A stretch of DNA of 64,000 nucleotides from Candidatus Rokuibacteriota bacterium. Lineage in GTDB: Bacteria > Methylomirabilota > Methylomirabilia > Rokubacteriales > CSP1-6. The stretch is taken from positions 9,322 to 73,321 of the forward strand of contig JAHFDK010000008.1 in the NCBI GenBank assembly GCA_023249095.1, given 5' to 3'. The translations under genes were made by a program, and so were the position numbers. The notes below the pieces were generated by a model that ran no database searches, was not told the DNA's origin, and was given only the letters and a program-made list of their open reading frames with translations. Shown here in pieces: positions 34,636 to 48,214 of this stretch (position 1 is the stretch's first letter; each line of letters begins with the position of its first letter).

Positions 34636-35088
34636 GTAGACCGTGTAGCGCTCGTCATCGCGACCGGCTGCGGCACCGGCTACTCGCCACTGGTTCCGGG
34701 TACGGTCGGCAGCGTCCTCGCTGCCTTCATCGTGTGGATCATTCCGTTCTCGCGCTCCGGTCTGCTGCTGTGTTTCGTCGCCGTCACGCTCGCCGGGACC
34801 TGGGCGGCTCACCGCGCCGAGCGCCTGCTCGGCGCCAAGGATCCGGGCGCGATCGTCATCGACGAGGTGGCCGGGATGACGCTCACCGTTCTTCCGTTTC
34901 CGCCGACGGTCGCGGTGCTGGCGGTGGGCTTGGTCCTGTTCAGGATTTTCGACATCACCAAGCCGTTCCCCGCGCGTGCAAGCCAGCGGCTCGCCGGCGG
35001 CATCGGCGTCATGGTGGATGACCTGATCGCGGCGTTGTACGCTCTCGCCGTGATCGCGGTCGGCCGCGCCACCCTCGCCTGGCCATGA
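34636..35088 (+). CDS. pgpA: Phosphatidylglycerophosphatase A; start non-canonical and uncertain
   Basis: GTGYSPLVPGTVGS lies upstream of the first canonical start (34732); KDPGAIVIDEVAG, FRIFDITKP, GVMVDD. Confidence 0.88.
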   Translation, partial: VDRVALVIATGCGTGYSPLVPGTVGSVLAAFIVWIIPFSRSGLLLCFVAVTLAGTWAAHRAERLLGAKDPGAIVIDEVAGMTLTVLPFPPTVAVLAVGLVLFRIFDITKPFPARASQRLAGGIGVMVDDLIAALYALAVIAVGRATLAWP

Positions 35089-36308
35089 CGGCGAGCGCCC
35101 ACATCGTGACGGTCGGAGGGATGCCGTCCGCCGGCGCGGACGATACGGCCGTCGCCGCCGCCCTCGCCGCCGCGGGCATTGCCGTCGCGAGTCGCGGCTT
35201 CATCGAGGACGATGAAGCCGCCCTGGAACGGGCGCTCGGGCCCGACGAGGCGTTGACGGTGGTGCTCGCGGGCGGTGGAGGCTCGGCCGGTGACATCGTG
35301 CGCCGCGTGCTCGCGCGCGTCAGCGGCACGCGGCTCGTGCTCAACGAGCGTCTCCTTGCCGCGCTCCAGGAGCGCTACCGGCGGCTCGACCGACCGCTGC
35401 CCCGACGGGCGGAACGCCTGGCGCTCCTGCCGCAGGGCACGACGGTGTGGGTCACGGCCGACGGCGAAGCCGGGTGGGCCCTCGAGAGCGGCCCGCGCGC
35501 CTTCGCGGTCGTTGCGCGCGACGCCGGGGTCCAGTCGATGATCGAGCAGCATCTGGCGCCCTTCGCGCGCGCCTGGGCGAGCGGGCGCGGGGCCGCGCTC
35601 GTTCGGACACTCCGGACGGCCGGCCTCAGCCTCGCCGATGTCGAGGAGCGGCTCGTCGACTGGCTGGGCCGGGAAGGCGAGGTGACCGTGTCCACCATCC
35701 CCGCCGACGGCGAGGTGTGGGTGAGGCTGCGCGCGCGCGCCTCGACGCCGGCCGAGGCCGCACGGAGCCTCGGCAAGGCCGAAGCAGCGATCGTCGGCAT
35801 CCTCGGCGGCGACTGTTTCGGGCGCGACGGCGACACCCTGGAGCTGGTCGTTGGCCGCATGCTGCTCGAGCGGAGGCTGACGCTGGCCGTGGCGGAGTCA
35901 TGCACGGGCGGGCTCCTGGGCCACCGCCTGACCAACGTTCCGGGCTCTTCGGCGTACTTCGAGCGGGGCGTTCTGGTGTACTCGAACCGAGCAAAGGAGG
36001 AGCTGCTCGGCGTCCCCGAGTCAATCCTGAACACGCACGGGGCCGTCAGCGCGCCGTGTGCCGAGGCGATGGCGCGCGGGATCGCCACGCGCGCGGGCGC
36101 GCCGTGTGGGCTCGCCATCACAGGCATCGCCGGCCCCGACGGCGGAACGCCGACGAAACCCGTCGGCACCGTCTTCATCGGTCTGGCCGTCCAGGGCGAC
36201 GCCCTCGCGCGACGCTTTCACTTCGCCGGCGACCGGGCCGCGGTGAAGTGGCAGTCGACCCAGGGGGCGCTCGACATGCTCCGGCGGTCCCTGAAGGGAC
36301 AACCGTGA
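35085..36308 (+). CDS. cinA: CinA/PncC-like nicotinamide-nucleotide amidohydrolase with a degenerate N-terminal domain
   Basis: AVAESCTGG, PGSSAYF, YSN, HGAVS, TGIAGPDGG, KPVGTV. Confidence 0.88.
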   Translation: MTASAHIVTVGGMPSAGADDTAVAAALAAAGIAVASRGFIEDDEAALERALGPDEALTVVLAGGGGSAGDIVRRVLARVSGTRLVLNERLLAALQERYRRLDRPLPRRAERLALLPQGTTVWVTADGEAGWALESGPRAFAVVARDAGVQSMIEQHLAPFARAWASGRGAALVRTLRTAGLSLADVEERLVDWLGREGEVTVSTIPADGEVWVRLRARASTPAEAARSLGKAEAAIVGILGGDCFGRDGDTLELVVGRMLLERRLTLAVAESCTGGLLGHRLTNVPGSSAYFERGVLVYSNRAKEELLGVPESILNTHGAVSAPCAEAMARGIATRAGAPCGLAITGIAGPDGGTPTKPVGTVFIGLAVQGDALARRFHFAGDRAAVKWQSTQGALDMLRRSLKGQP

Positions 36309-37087
36309 GAGCGTGGAGTGTCGTGCTGATCGTGGCGGCCGCGGCGTGCTCGACCATCACGCCCTTCGACCGTGGTCTCTCGTTTGCCCAGCGAGGCCAG
36401 GATCTGGCTGCGAAGGAGGCGTTCGACGAGGCGATCCGCCGCTCGCCGGAGTCGGCTCCCGCGTACGCGAACCGCGGCAGCGTCCGGGCGCGCCTGGGCG
36501 ACCTGGACGGCGCGAACGAGGACTACACGAAGGCGCTCGCGCTGGGGTCGCGCGACGGCGACGTCCTCTTCAACCGAGGCCTGGTACTGGTCTCGAAGCG
36601 CGACTACCAGGGCGCGATCACCGATTTCACGACCGCCCTCTCGGTGAACCCTCGTCACGCCGAGGCCCTCTTCGCGCGCGGCAGCGCGCGGTGGCTCGCC
36701 GGCGACACGGAGCCGGCCCGAGCCGACTGGCTCCGGGCGATCGAGCTCGAGCCGGAGCCGCGACAGAAGGCGCGGATGCGCGCCGCCGTCGACAGCGCAC
36801 CGCCGGTGGCGCGGCCCGCCGTGCTGACATCGTCGCCGGCAGCGCCCGTTGCCGCCGCCCCGGGTCCGGGGACCGGCCCGCCCGCCTCAGCGCCGGCATC
36901 AACCTCGATCCCCCCGGCGCAGGCTCCGCTCGATTCGCGAGGACTGGCGGCGCGCGGCCTCGAGCGGGAGCTCAAGGGCGACCGCCCGGGAGCGATCACC
37001 GATCTGCGCGCCGCGCTCGCCGCCGAAACCGATCCGGAGCGGCGCCAGGGCATTCGGAACCTGCTGCAGCTGCTGGACGCCCGATAG
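36305..37087 (+). CDS. TPR-repeat lipoprotein with a Pro/Ala-rich linker
   Basis: GTGA overlap; AAAC lipobox-like signal; AYANRG, LFNRG, LFARG TPR helices. Confidence 0.8.
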   Translation: MRAWSVVLIVAAAACSTITPFDRGLSFAQRGQDLAAKEAFDEAIRRSPESAPAYANRGSVRARLGDLDGANEDYTKALALGSRDGDVLFNRGLVLVSKRDYQGAITDFTTALSVNPRHAEALFARGSARWLAGDTEPARADWLRAIELEPEPRQKARMRAAVDSAPPVARPAVLTSSPAAPVAAAPGPGTGPPASAPASTSIPPAQAPLDSRGLAARGLERELKGDRPGAITDLRAALAAETDPERRQGIRNLLQLLDAR

Positions 37088-37671
37088 ACGGCATCCGCGC
37101 GTTCGTCGCGATCCTGCTCGACGACGCCATCCGAAGAGAGCTCGGCGCGGCGATCGAGCGGCTGCGACCTGTGGCGCGCGATGTGGCCTGGGTGGTTCCT
37201 GGGAATCTCCATCTCACCATGAAGTTCCTCGGCGAGGTCGCCGAGGGCCGGATCGGCGCCATCGTCAGCGCGCTCACGGGAGCGGCCTCGGACGTGAACG
37301 CTTTCGAGGCCAATTGTGCGGGGCTCGGCGCCTTCCCATCGGTGACGCGTCCGCGGGTCGTCTGGGCCGGGGTGACGGCAGGCGCCCGCGCGATGGTCGA
37401 TCTGGCCGGCCGCGTGGACGAGGCCCTCGCGGGGCTCGGCTTCGCCAGCGACGAGCGGCCCTTCTCTCCGCACATCACGCTCGGCCGGGCGCGCCAGGCC
37501 GGGCGAAACCAAGCCCTCGCCGAGGCCCTGCGGGGCGCCGCGGGGTGTGAGTTCGGCCGGATCCGCGTCGCGGGCGCCTCGCTCATGCGCAGCGAGCTGT
37601 CCCCGCGGGGCGCCCGATACACGGAGCTGGCCACCGTGAGCCTCGGCGGAGATGTCGGGCGCCGTGTCTGA
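37084..37671 (+). CDS. thpR: RNA 2',3'-cyclic phosphodiesterase (2H family); probable ATA start
   Basis: RAFVAI, HLTMKFLG, PRVVWAG, PHITLGR. Confidence 0.88.
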   Translation: MDGIRAFVAILLDDAIRRELGAAIERLRPVARDVAWVVPGNLHLTMKFLGEVAEGRIGAIVSALTGAASDVNAFEANCAGLGAFPSVTRPRVVWAGVTAGARAMVDLAGRVDEALAGLGFASDERPFSPHITLGRARQAGRNQALAEALRGAAGCEFGRIRVAGASLMRSELSPRGARYTELATVSLGGDVGRRV

Positions 37672-37682
37672 ATGTCCGGACA

Positions 37683-37712
37683 TTGACGCCCCTGCCGGGG
37701 CCCCCCTAGAAT
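37683..37712 (+). promoter_or_regulatory. Sigma70-type promoter of recA (TTGACG-N18-TAGAAT)
   Basis: Near-consensus hexamers upstream of the AGGAG RBS. Confidence 0.6.
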
Positions 37713-37771
37713 GTTCGAAAGCGGTAACGCAACGTGCAGCGGGCATGCGAGGATGATTCAAGGAGAGGCGT

Positions 37772-38791
37772 ATGGCTGAGGCGAAGAGCGAGCGACGGCA
37801 GGCCCTAGAGCTGGCGATCGCGCAGATCGAGCGGCAGTTCGGCAAGGGCTCGGTCATGCGCCTCGGCGCGAACGGGCCCCTCGAGGAGATCGCCGTCATT
37901 CCGACCGGCGCCATCACGCTCGACGTGGCGCTCGGCGTCGGCGGCCTGCCGCGGGGACGGGTCACCGAGATCTACGGCCCCGAGTCCTCGGGCAAGACCA
38001 CGCTCGCGTTGCACGTCATCGCGGAAGCCCAGCGCCTGGGTGGCATCGCCGCATTCATCGACGCCGAGCACGCGCTCGACCCGATCTACGCCAAGAAGCT
38101 TGGCGTCAACACCGACGAGCTGCTCATCTCGCAGCCGGACACCGGCGAGCAGGCGCTCGAGATCACCGAGACGCTCGTCCGCTCCAACGCCGTCGACGTG
38201 ATCGTGATCGATTCGGTCGCGGCGCTGGTTCCCCGTGCCGAGCTCGACGGCGACATGGGCGACTCGCTGCCGGGCCTGCAGGCGCGCCTCATGTCCCAGG
38301 CGCTCCGCAAGCTCACCGCCGCCATCTCGCGCTCAGGCGCGGTCGTGATCTTCATCAACCAGATGCGCGAGAAGATCGGGGTAATGTTCGGCTCGCCTGA
38401 AACGACCTCGGGCGGGCGCGCCCTGAAGTTCTATGCCTCCATGCGGCTCGACATCCGGCGGCAGGACGCGATCAAGCAGGGGACCGAGTCGCTCGGAGTG
38501 AGGACCAAGGTCAAGGTGGTCAAGAACAAGCTCGCGCCGCCCTTCCGGGAGGCGGAGTTCGACGTCATTTACGGCGAAGGCATTTCGAAGGCGGGCAGCG
38601 TGCTGGACGCTGGCGTCGACCACGGCCTCATCGAGAAGTCCGGGACCTGGTACACGTACAAGAGCGAGCGGATCGGACAGGGACGTGAGAACGCCAAGAA
38701 GTGGTTCCAGGAAAATGCGGCGACGCTCGCCGACCTCGAAGCGAAACTCCGTGACGCTCTTGGGCTTCGCCAGGCCGTGCCGATCAAATAG
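37772..38791 (+). CDS. recA: Recombinase A
   Basis: [31 protein letters not shown]; no intein or intron. Confidence 0.99.
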   Translation: MAEAKSERRQALELAIAQIERQFGKGSVMRLGANGPLEEIAVIPTGAITLDVALGVGGLPRGRVTEIYGPESSGKTTLALHVIAEAQRLGGIAAFIDAEHALDPIYAKKLGVNTDELLISQPDTGEQALEITETLVRSNAVDVIVIDSVAALVPRAELDGDMGDSLPGLQARLMSQALRKLTAAISRSGAVVIFINQMREKIGVMFGSPETTSGGRALKFYASMRLDIRRQDAIKQGTESLGVRTKVKVVKNKLAPPFREAEFDVIYGEGISKAGSVLDAGVDHGLIEKSGTWYTYKSERIGQGRENAKKWFQENAATLADLEAKLRDALGLRQAVPIK

Positions 38792-38800
38792 GAGTCGCTC

Positions 38801-39957
<1,157 letters not shown>

Positions 39958-39961
<4 letters not shown>

Positions 39962-40452
39962 CGGGTCCGCGCGGTCCGCGGCGAGCTCTCGACGCGCGCA
40001 CCGCGCGGCTCGCCGCCGCCGATCTCCTGTCGCGACGCGCCTGGACCACGCGCGAGCTGGCGGTGCGCTTGCGCCGGCGCGGTGCGCCGGCGCCGGTCGC
40101 CGCCGAGGTCCTCGCCGATCTCACCGCGCGTGGCTACCTCGACGACGCTGCCTTCGCCCGCCACTGGGTCGCTACTCGCTCGGCACGCGGCTACGGCCCC
40201 GCGCGCCTGCGCGCGGAGCTGCGGGCGCGTGGAGTCGCCGGGTCCCTGGTCGACGCGGCGCTCGCCGCCCAGGGCGACGACGAGCTCGAGCGGGCGCGCG
40301 CCGTCGCCCGCCGCCGCCTGCCGGCGCTCCAGCGTGCGGATCGCACCCGGGCCGCCGCGCGGCTGCGCGACCATCTCGTGCGTCGCGGTTACTCTGCGGC
40401 GGTGGTGTCGCGCGTCGTCCGCGAGAGCGTCGGCCTCCGGCTCGAGGACTGA
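39958..40452 (+). CDS. recX: Regulatory protein RecX; probable GTA start
   Basis: LLSRRAWT, GYLDDAAFA, GPARLRAELRARGV, LVRRGY; position between recA and alaS. Confidence 0.88.
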
Positions 40453-40548
40453 GTCGCGAGTGATACAATGAGCCTTCCATAGTGCGCGCCGCAGGTCGCG
40501 GGGCTGAGCTGATCCGAAACACCCCGCCGGCGGAGCGATTATGAACGT

Positions 40549-43227
<2,679 letters not shown>

Positions 43228-43260
43228 GGGCCAGGAGCATGGCCTGGGTTAAAATACTGG

Positions 43261-43941
43261 GTGATGGCCCTTGGGCGGATCCTGGTCGTTGATGACGAAG
43301 CCCCCGTGCGCGAGGTCCTGACCGAGTACTTCGCCACCGAGGGCTATGACGTCGAGGTAGCGGGGAGCGGTATCGAGGCGCTCACCGCGATTCGCGACGG
43401 GCGCGCCGACCTCGTTCTGCTGGACGTGCGCATGCCCGGGCTTGACGGCGTACAAGTTCTCCGCCGGATCCGCGAGCTGACCGAGAGTGTTCCCGTCATC
43501 ATGGTGACCGCAAACGAAGACGCCGGCCTCGCAAAGGAGACGCTCAAGCTCGGCGCCTTCGATTACGTCGCCAAGCCCTTCGACTTCGACTATCTCGATC
43601 GCGCCGTGGCCGCGGCCCTCGCGCGCGTGGCCGAGAAGGCTGCCGCCGGCCCCGTTCCGGACGACGACCCGTGGAAGCGTCTCGCCCACACGGTGTTCCG
43701 CGCCGTGCGCGCCATGGGGCAGACGGCGCGGACATCCACCGGCGAGCGGCTGGAGACCGCGGCCCTCGCCGCAGCGCGCGGCGCGGCGGCCGGCAGAGGC
43801 GCAGTCGCCGGTGAGGACCTTGCTGAGATCGCGATGCTTCTCGACCTCGCCGCCGAGTTCGGTGATCTCCCGGCCGCAGACCGGGCGCTCGTGGAGTCCG
43901 CGATTGAAGCGGCGCGCCGGTCGCTCCCCGTCCCGCGCTGA
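43261..43941 (+). CDS. Response regulator: REC domain plus an atypical helical C-terminal domain
   Basis: ILVVDDE, LLDVRMP, MVTA, GAFDYVAKPF. Confidence 0.9.
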   Translation: MMALGRILVVDDEAPVREVLTEYFATEGYDVEVAGSGIEALTAIRDGRADLVLLDVRMPGLDGVQVLRRIRELTESVPVIMVTANEDAGLAKETLKLGAFDYVAKPFDFDYLDRAVAAALARVAEKAAAGPVPDDDPWKRLAHTVFRAVRAMGQTARTSTGERLETAALAAARGAAAGRGAVAGEDLAEIAMLLDLAAEFGDLPAADRALVESAIEAARRSLPVPR

Positions 43942-45232
43942 CCGGCGGCGCCGGGCGCCCGACCGGTCAGACGTCGAGCCGCACCTCAAGATCCTCCACA
44001 CCGTCGCGGAGGCCGTCAGCCGCACGCTCGACGTCGAGGAAGTCCTGCGCACCGCGGTCGACGCGCTCACGGGCGTCACCGGTCACGAGATTTCGAGCCT
44101 CCATCTCCTCTCCGAGGACGGCAAGACGCTCGAGCTCCGGGGCGAGCGCGGAATGTCCGCGCGCCTGCGCGAGGTGAACCGGACGCTGCCCGTCGGCGAA
44201 GGGCTCATCGGCCACGTGGCCGTCACGGGCAAGACAGTCCGGATCGACAAGAACTACGATGACCCGAATGTCCTGCCGAGCGCCAGGGCCGCGGTCCGGC
44301 GCGAGCAGATCCAGGGGTTCGTCTGCGTGCCGATCCATAGCCGGGGGCGGATCCTCGGCACTCTCTCGCTCGGCCGCAAGACCCTCGACCAGTTCCACCG
44401 GCAGGAGCTCGCCCTCCTCGCGGCGGCCGCCGATCAGATCGGCGTCGCCCTACACAATGCGCAGCTCTACTCGGAGCTGCTGCGCGAGCGCGACGAGCTC
44501 AAGCGCGCCCACGCGCAGCGCATCCGCGCCGAGACACAGCTCGTCCACGCCGAGAAGCTCTCGGCCGTCGGCGAGCTCGCTTCGGGAGTCGCGCACGAGA
44601 TCAACAACCCGCTGACGACGATCCTCGGCCAGACGCACCTCCTGCTGACGCACCCGGAAACGACCTCGCACGTGCGCGACCGCCTCGGGATCGTCGCCGA
44701 GGAGGCGGGCCGCGCGGCGCGCATCGTCCAGAACTTGTTGCTGTTCGCCCGTCACTACACGCCCGAACGGCGCCCGTGCTCGGTCGCCGACCAGGCGCGG
44801 CGGGTGCTCGAGCTGAAGGGCTATCAGCTCCAGCAGGACAACATCCGCGTGGTCACCGACTTCGCCGCGTGCCCGTTCGTGTGGGCCGACGAGAACCAGC
44901 TCCAGCAGGTGCTGCTCAACCTCGTCCAGAATGCGCATCAGGCGATGGCCAAGCACCCGGCGAATCGGGTGCTGACGGTGCGGGTCTGGCCGTCGGATCG
45001 CCACGCCCACGTCGAGGTGCGCGACACGGGCCCGGGGATCCCGCCCGAGGCGCTGCCGAAGGTCTTCGACCCCTTCTTCACCACGAAGCCACCCGGCGAG
45101 GGAAGCGGCCTGGGGCTCTCCGTCTCCTACGGCATTGTCACCGAGCTGGGAGGCGCGCTCCGGGCCGAGAACTGCGCCGAGGGCGGCGCCTCGTTCATCG
45201 TCGAGCTGCCGCTCGGGGAGCCCGCCGCCTGA
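43904..45232 (+). CDS. Cytoplasmic GAF-HisKA-HATPase sensor histidine kinase
   Basis: GAF (GEGLIG, CVPI), AHEINNPL, NLVQNA, DTGPGI, FDPFFTTK, GLGL; TTG 43904 with an upstream GGAG. Confidence 0.92.
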   Translation: MKRRAGRSPSRADRRRRAPDRSDVEPHLKILHTVAEAVSRTLDVEEVLRTAVDALTGVTGHEISSLHLLSEDGKTLELRGERGMSARLREVNRTLPVGEGLIGHVAVTGKTVRIDKNYDDPNVLPSARAAVRREQIQGFVCVPIHSRGRILGTLSLGRKTLDQFHRQELALLAAAADQIGVALHNAQLYSELLRERDELKRAHAQRIRAETQLVHAEKLSAVGELASGVAHEINNPLTTILGQTHLLLTHPETTSHVRDRLGIVAEEAGRAARIVQNLLLFARHYTPERRPCSVADQARRVLELKGYQLQQDNIRVVTDFAACPFVWADENQLQQVLLNLVQNAHQAMAKHPANRVLTVRVWPSDRHAHVEVRDTGPGIPPEALPKVFDPFFTTKPPGEGSGLGLSVSYGIVTELGGALRAENCAEGGASFIVELPLGEPAA

Positions 45233-46266
45233 CGTCCTGGCGGGCTGTCGTGCTCCTGCTGGCCCTCCTGGCGACCGGCTGCGCCGGCGTCGGAGCTCCC
45301 GTGGCTGGTGCCCCGGCCCATCACCGCGAGCGCGGGTACGCGAACCTGAATCCGTCGCATGTGACCGCCGGCGCCTGGACACGTTTCACGTTCTTCGTCT
45401 CACGCATCTGGGCCAGCACCTTCACGCCGCGGACCGCGAACTTTCCCCAGGTGGCGAGCGACCTCGGGACGATCCATGACAGTCGCGGCGCCGTGACCGT
45501 GACCTGGGTCGGTCATGCGACCCTGTTGATCCAGCTGGACGGCGTCAACATTCTCACCGACCCTCACTGGTCGGCCCGAGCGAGCCTGGTGTCGTTCGCG
45601 GGACCGCGGCGAGTGTCGGCCCCCGGTCTCAAGTTCGAAGATCTACCGCCGATCCACGCGGTCGTGATCTCGCATGACCACTACGATCACCTGGACGAGG
45701 CGACGGTCAGACGGCTCGCCGCGGAGCACCGGCCCCGGTTCTTCGTCCCGCTCGGGCTCAAACAGTGGTTCGCAGACGTCGGCATCACCGATGTCGACGA
45801 GCTCGACTGGTGGGGCAAGCGCGAATTGCGTGGGCTGACGTTCACCTGTGTCCCGGCCCAGCACTTCTCGGGGCGCACTCTCTGGGATCGGAACCGCCGC
45901 CTCTGGAGCGGCTGGGTCGTCGCCGGCCGAGCCAAGCGTCTCTACTTCGCAGGGGACACGGCCTACTTCGACGGGTTCAAGGAGATCGGAGCCCGGCTCG
46001 GCCCGTTCGACCTCGCAGCGGTGCCGATCGGCGCCTACGTGCCCGCGGTCATCATGAAGGCCAGCCACACGACGCCGGAGGAGGCGCTCCGGGCCTTGGC
46101 CGACGTCCGTGGGCAGCGATTGGTTCCGATCCACTGGGGCACGTTCGATCTCGCCGAGGAACCGCTCGACGAGCCTCCGCAGCGGCTCGTCGCCGAAGCT
46201 CGCCGTTTGCGCCTCGACCTCGATCGGATCTGGGTTCTCAAGCACGGCGAAACACGTCGCTGGTGA
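45229..46266 (+). CDS. MBL-fold metallo-hydrolase lipoprotein (NAPE-PLD/RomA-like); probable CTG start
   Basis: LATGC lipobox; WVGHAT, SHDHYDHLD, PAQHFSGR, FAGDT, PIHWGTF. Confidence 0.9.
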   Translation: MTSWRAVVLLLALLATGCAGVGAPVAGAPAHHRERGYANLNPSHVTAGAWTRFTFFVSRIWASTFTPRTANFPQVASDLGTIHDSRGAVTVTWVGHATLLIQLDGVNILTDPHWSARASLVSFAGPRRVSAPGLKFEDLPPIHAVVISHDHYDHLDEATVRRLAAEHRPRFFVPLGLKQWFADVGITDVDELDWWGKRELRGLTFTCVPAQHFSGRTLWDRNRRLWSGWVVAGRAKRLYFAGDTAYFDGFKEIGARLGPFDLAAVPIGAYVPAVIMKASHTTPEEALRALADVRGQRLVPIHWGTFDLAEEPLDEPPQRLVAEARRLRLDLDRIWVLKHGETRRW

Positions 46267-46268
46267 CG

Positions 46269-46414
46269 GGATGGGGTCGGCGAGGGCGGGCGGGGTCCCT
46301 GGCTCGACCCGACTGCTGCGATGCGCTGCGACGAAATTCTTCAGCCTGAGGCGATGCAGCGCTGACTACACGGGTCGAGCCAGGGACCCCGCCCGGCCCT
46401 CGCCGACCCCATCC
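46269..46414. repeat. Palindromic element B: 43/44-bp inverted repeat (one bulge) with a 59-nt loop
   Basis: Arms 46269-46311 and 46371-46414; loop ACTGCTGCGAT-N37-CGCTGACTACA. Confidence 0.95.
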
Positions 46415-46489
46415 TGTTTACCGCCTGGGTCCCTGATATGGGCCTGGCTGAGCGCAACCCGACCCGGCTGACGAGGCGCGTCTCTAGCG

Positions 46490-47671
46490 TCACAGAGCTT
46501 CGAGGAGGAGGCCTTTCAGATAGCGGGTCTCCGGGACTGTCAGGAGGACGGGGTGGTCGCTGGATTGCGTGAGCCGATCGACGACGCGAAGCCGGACTCC
46601 GGCGTCGGCGGCGGCGTCCCGGCAGATCTCCTCGAAGAGCGCCTCGGACACGTGGTGCGAGCACGAGAAGGTCATTAGGCTTCCGCCGCGCTCGAGCAGG
46701 CGCAGGGCGCGTAGATTGATCTCCTTGTAGCCGCGCGCGGCGGCGTCGAGCGCCGATCGGCTACGAGCGAACGGCGGCGGATCGAGGACGATCACGCCGA
46801 AGCGCGCCCCGGTGCGCTCGAGCCCCCGAAGCTCGTCGAAGGCATTCGCCGCGCGGATCTCCGCCTGGGCCGTGAAGCCGTTCAGCGCGAGGTTCTGGCG
46901 GGCACCGGCGATCGCCTCCGGCGAGGACTCGATGCAGACGGCCCGCCGGGCGCCGCCATGGAGCGCGTGGCAGGCGAAGCCGGCGGTGTAGCTGAAGGCG
47001 TCGAGGACGTCGCGGCCCCTGGCCAGAACGCCGGTACGAGCGCGGTTCTCGCGCTGGTCGAGGTAGGAACCGGTCTTGTGACCGACGCCGATCGTCACCT
47101 CGAAGGCGACGCCGCCTTCGTTCACCCTGACGCTCCGGGGCCCGGAGCCCCGGGCCCACCCGAGGGCCGCCGAGAACCCTTCGAGCCGAGCGGAAGCCTC
47201 CTCGTCCATGTCGAAGGCGAGCGTGCCACTGAACATGTCGGTCAGCGCGGTGGTGATCGTCCGACGGGCGCGCACCATCCCCAGGGTGAGACACTGAATC
47301 ACGAGGACAGGCCCGTAACGGTCCACCACCAGCCCCGGCAGCCCGTCGGCCTCGCTCCAGACGAGGCGGCAGAGCGCCGAAGGCCCCTGCGCCCGATCGC
47401 GCGAGCGCAGGGCGACGGCGCTCTCGAGCCGGCGCCGGAAGAAGGCGACGTCGAGCGGCTCGTCGGTCCAGGTGAAGATGCGGCAGCAGAGGGCGGGGCG
47501 CGGGTTATAGAGGCCGCGCCCGACGAAGTGGCCGGCCGAGTCGATGACCGTGACCGCGGAGCCGGGCTCGACCTCGCTGACGTCGGCGACGTCACCCTTG
47601 AAGATCCAGGGGTGGGTCCGCGCCGTCTCGCGTCCGCGCTTGAGCCGTAGCGCCGCCTGGGCGCGTTTCAC
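46490..47671 (-). CDS. RlmI-like class I SAM-dependent rRNA m5C methyltransferase
   Basis: HPWIF PUA domain, SEADGLPGLVVD, HKTG.YLDQREN, LDAFSYT, LDPPPF, FSCSHH. Confidence 0.9.
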   Translation of the reverse strand: MKRAQAALRLKRGRETARTHPWIFKGDVADVSEVEPGSAVTVIDSAGHFVGRGLYNPRPALCCRIFTWTDEPLDVAFFRRRLESAVALRSRDRAQGPSALCRLVWSEADGLPGLVVDRYGPVLVIQCLTLGMVRARRTITTALTDMFSGTLAFDMDEEASARLEGFSAALGWARGSGPRSVRVNEGGVAFEVTIGVGHKTGSYLDQRENRARTGVLARGRDVLDAFSYTAGFACHALHGGARRAVCIESSPEAIAGARQNLALNGFTAQAEIRAANAFDELRGLERTGARFGVIVLDPPPFARSRSALDAAARGYKEINLRALRLLERGGSLMTFSCSHHVSEALFEEICRDAAADAGVRLRVVDRLTQSSDHPVLLTVPETRYLKGLLLEAL

Positions 47672-48207
47672 CGACGGAGATTCTCCACCGTGATCGCCCA
47701 CCGCTCGTGGTCCCGCCATCGCCCGAAGACCTTCAGGTAGCGCGGAGAGAGCCCTTCGCGCCGGAAGCCGGCTCGCCGGACGAGACGGATCGACGCGCGG
47801 TTGCCCGGCTGGATGTTCGCCTCGAGGCGGTGCAGGCCGAGCTCCGAGAAGGCGTGACGAAGCACGAGCCGGAGCCCTTCGCTCATGTATCCCTTGCCCA
47901 TGAAGGACGCGCCCGCGTAGAAGCCCAGGTACGCGCTCTGAAACGCGCCGTGGAAGATCTGGCTCACATTGATCACGCCGGCGATGACCCTGTCCTCGCG
48001 CCGGCAGACGAAGAATCCACGCTCGGTCGGGCGCCGGGTCCGTTTGAGGTAGGCGGCGAAGGCCGCGCGGCCGGCCGGTGGCTCGACCCACGGCCGAAGA
48101 GAGCGGCGGCTCGAGCGCATGAGCGCCAGGAACTCGTCGCGGTCGCGGGCTGTGGGCACGCGGATGAAGACGCGGCAGCCGACTTCGACCGCGCCCGGCC
48201 GCTTCAC
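47668..48207 (-). CDS. GNAT acetyltransferase, RimJ-like
   Basis: FQSAYLG, GKGYMSE, LHRLEANIQPGN, GFRREG, WRDHERWA. Confidence 0.9.
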   Translation of the reverse strand: MKRPGAVEVGCRVFIRVPTARDRDEFLALMRSSRRSLRPWVEPPAGRAAFAAYLKRTRRPTERGFFVCRREDRVIAGVINVSQIFHGAFQSAYLGFYAGASFMGKGYMSEGLRLVLRHAFSELGLHRLEANIQPGNRASIRLVRRAGFRREGLSPRYLKVFGRWRDHERWAITVENLRR

Positions 48208-48214
48208 GGCCGCG

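Noticed and set aside
37713..37730. LexA box downstream of the recA -10 (GTTC-N7-GTAA)
   Set aside because: Imperfect, single occurrence, and the lineage motif is unknown to me
46269..46414. Simple rho-independent terminator or hammerhead ribozyme
   Set aside because: The stem and loop are far too long with no clear U-tract; B and C read CTGACTA rather than CTGANGA and there is no conserved GAAA
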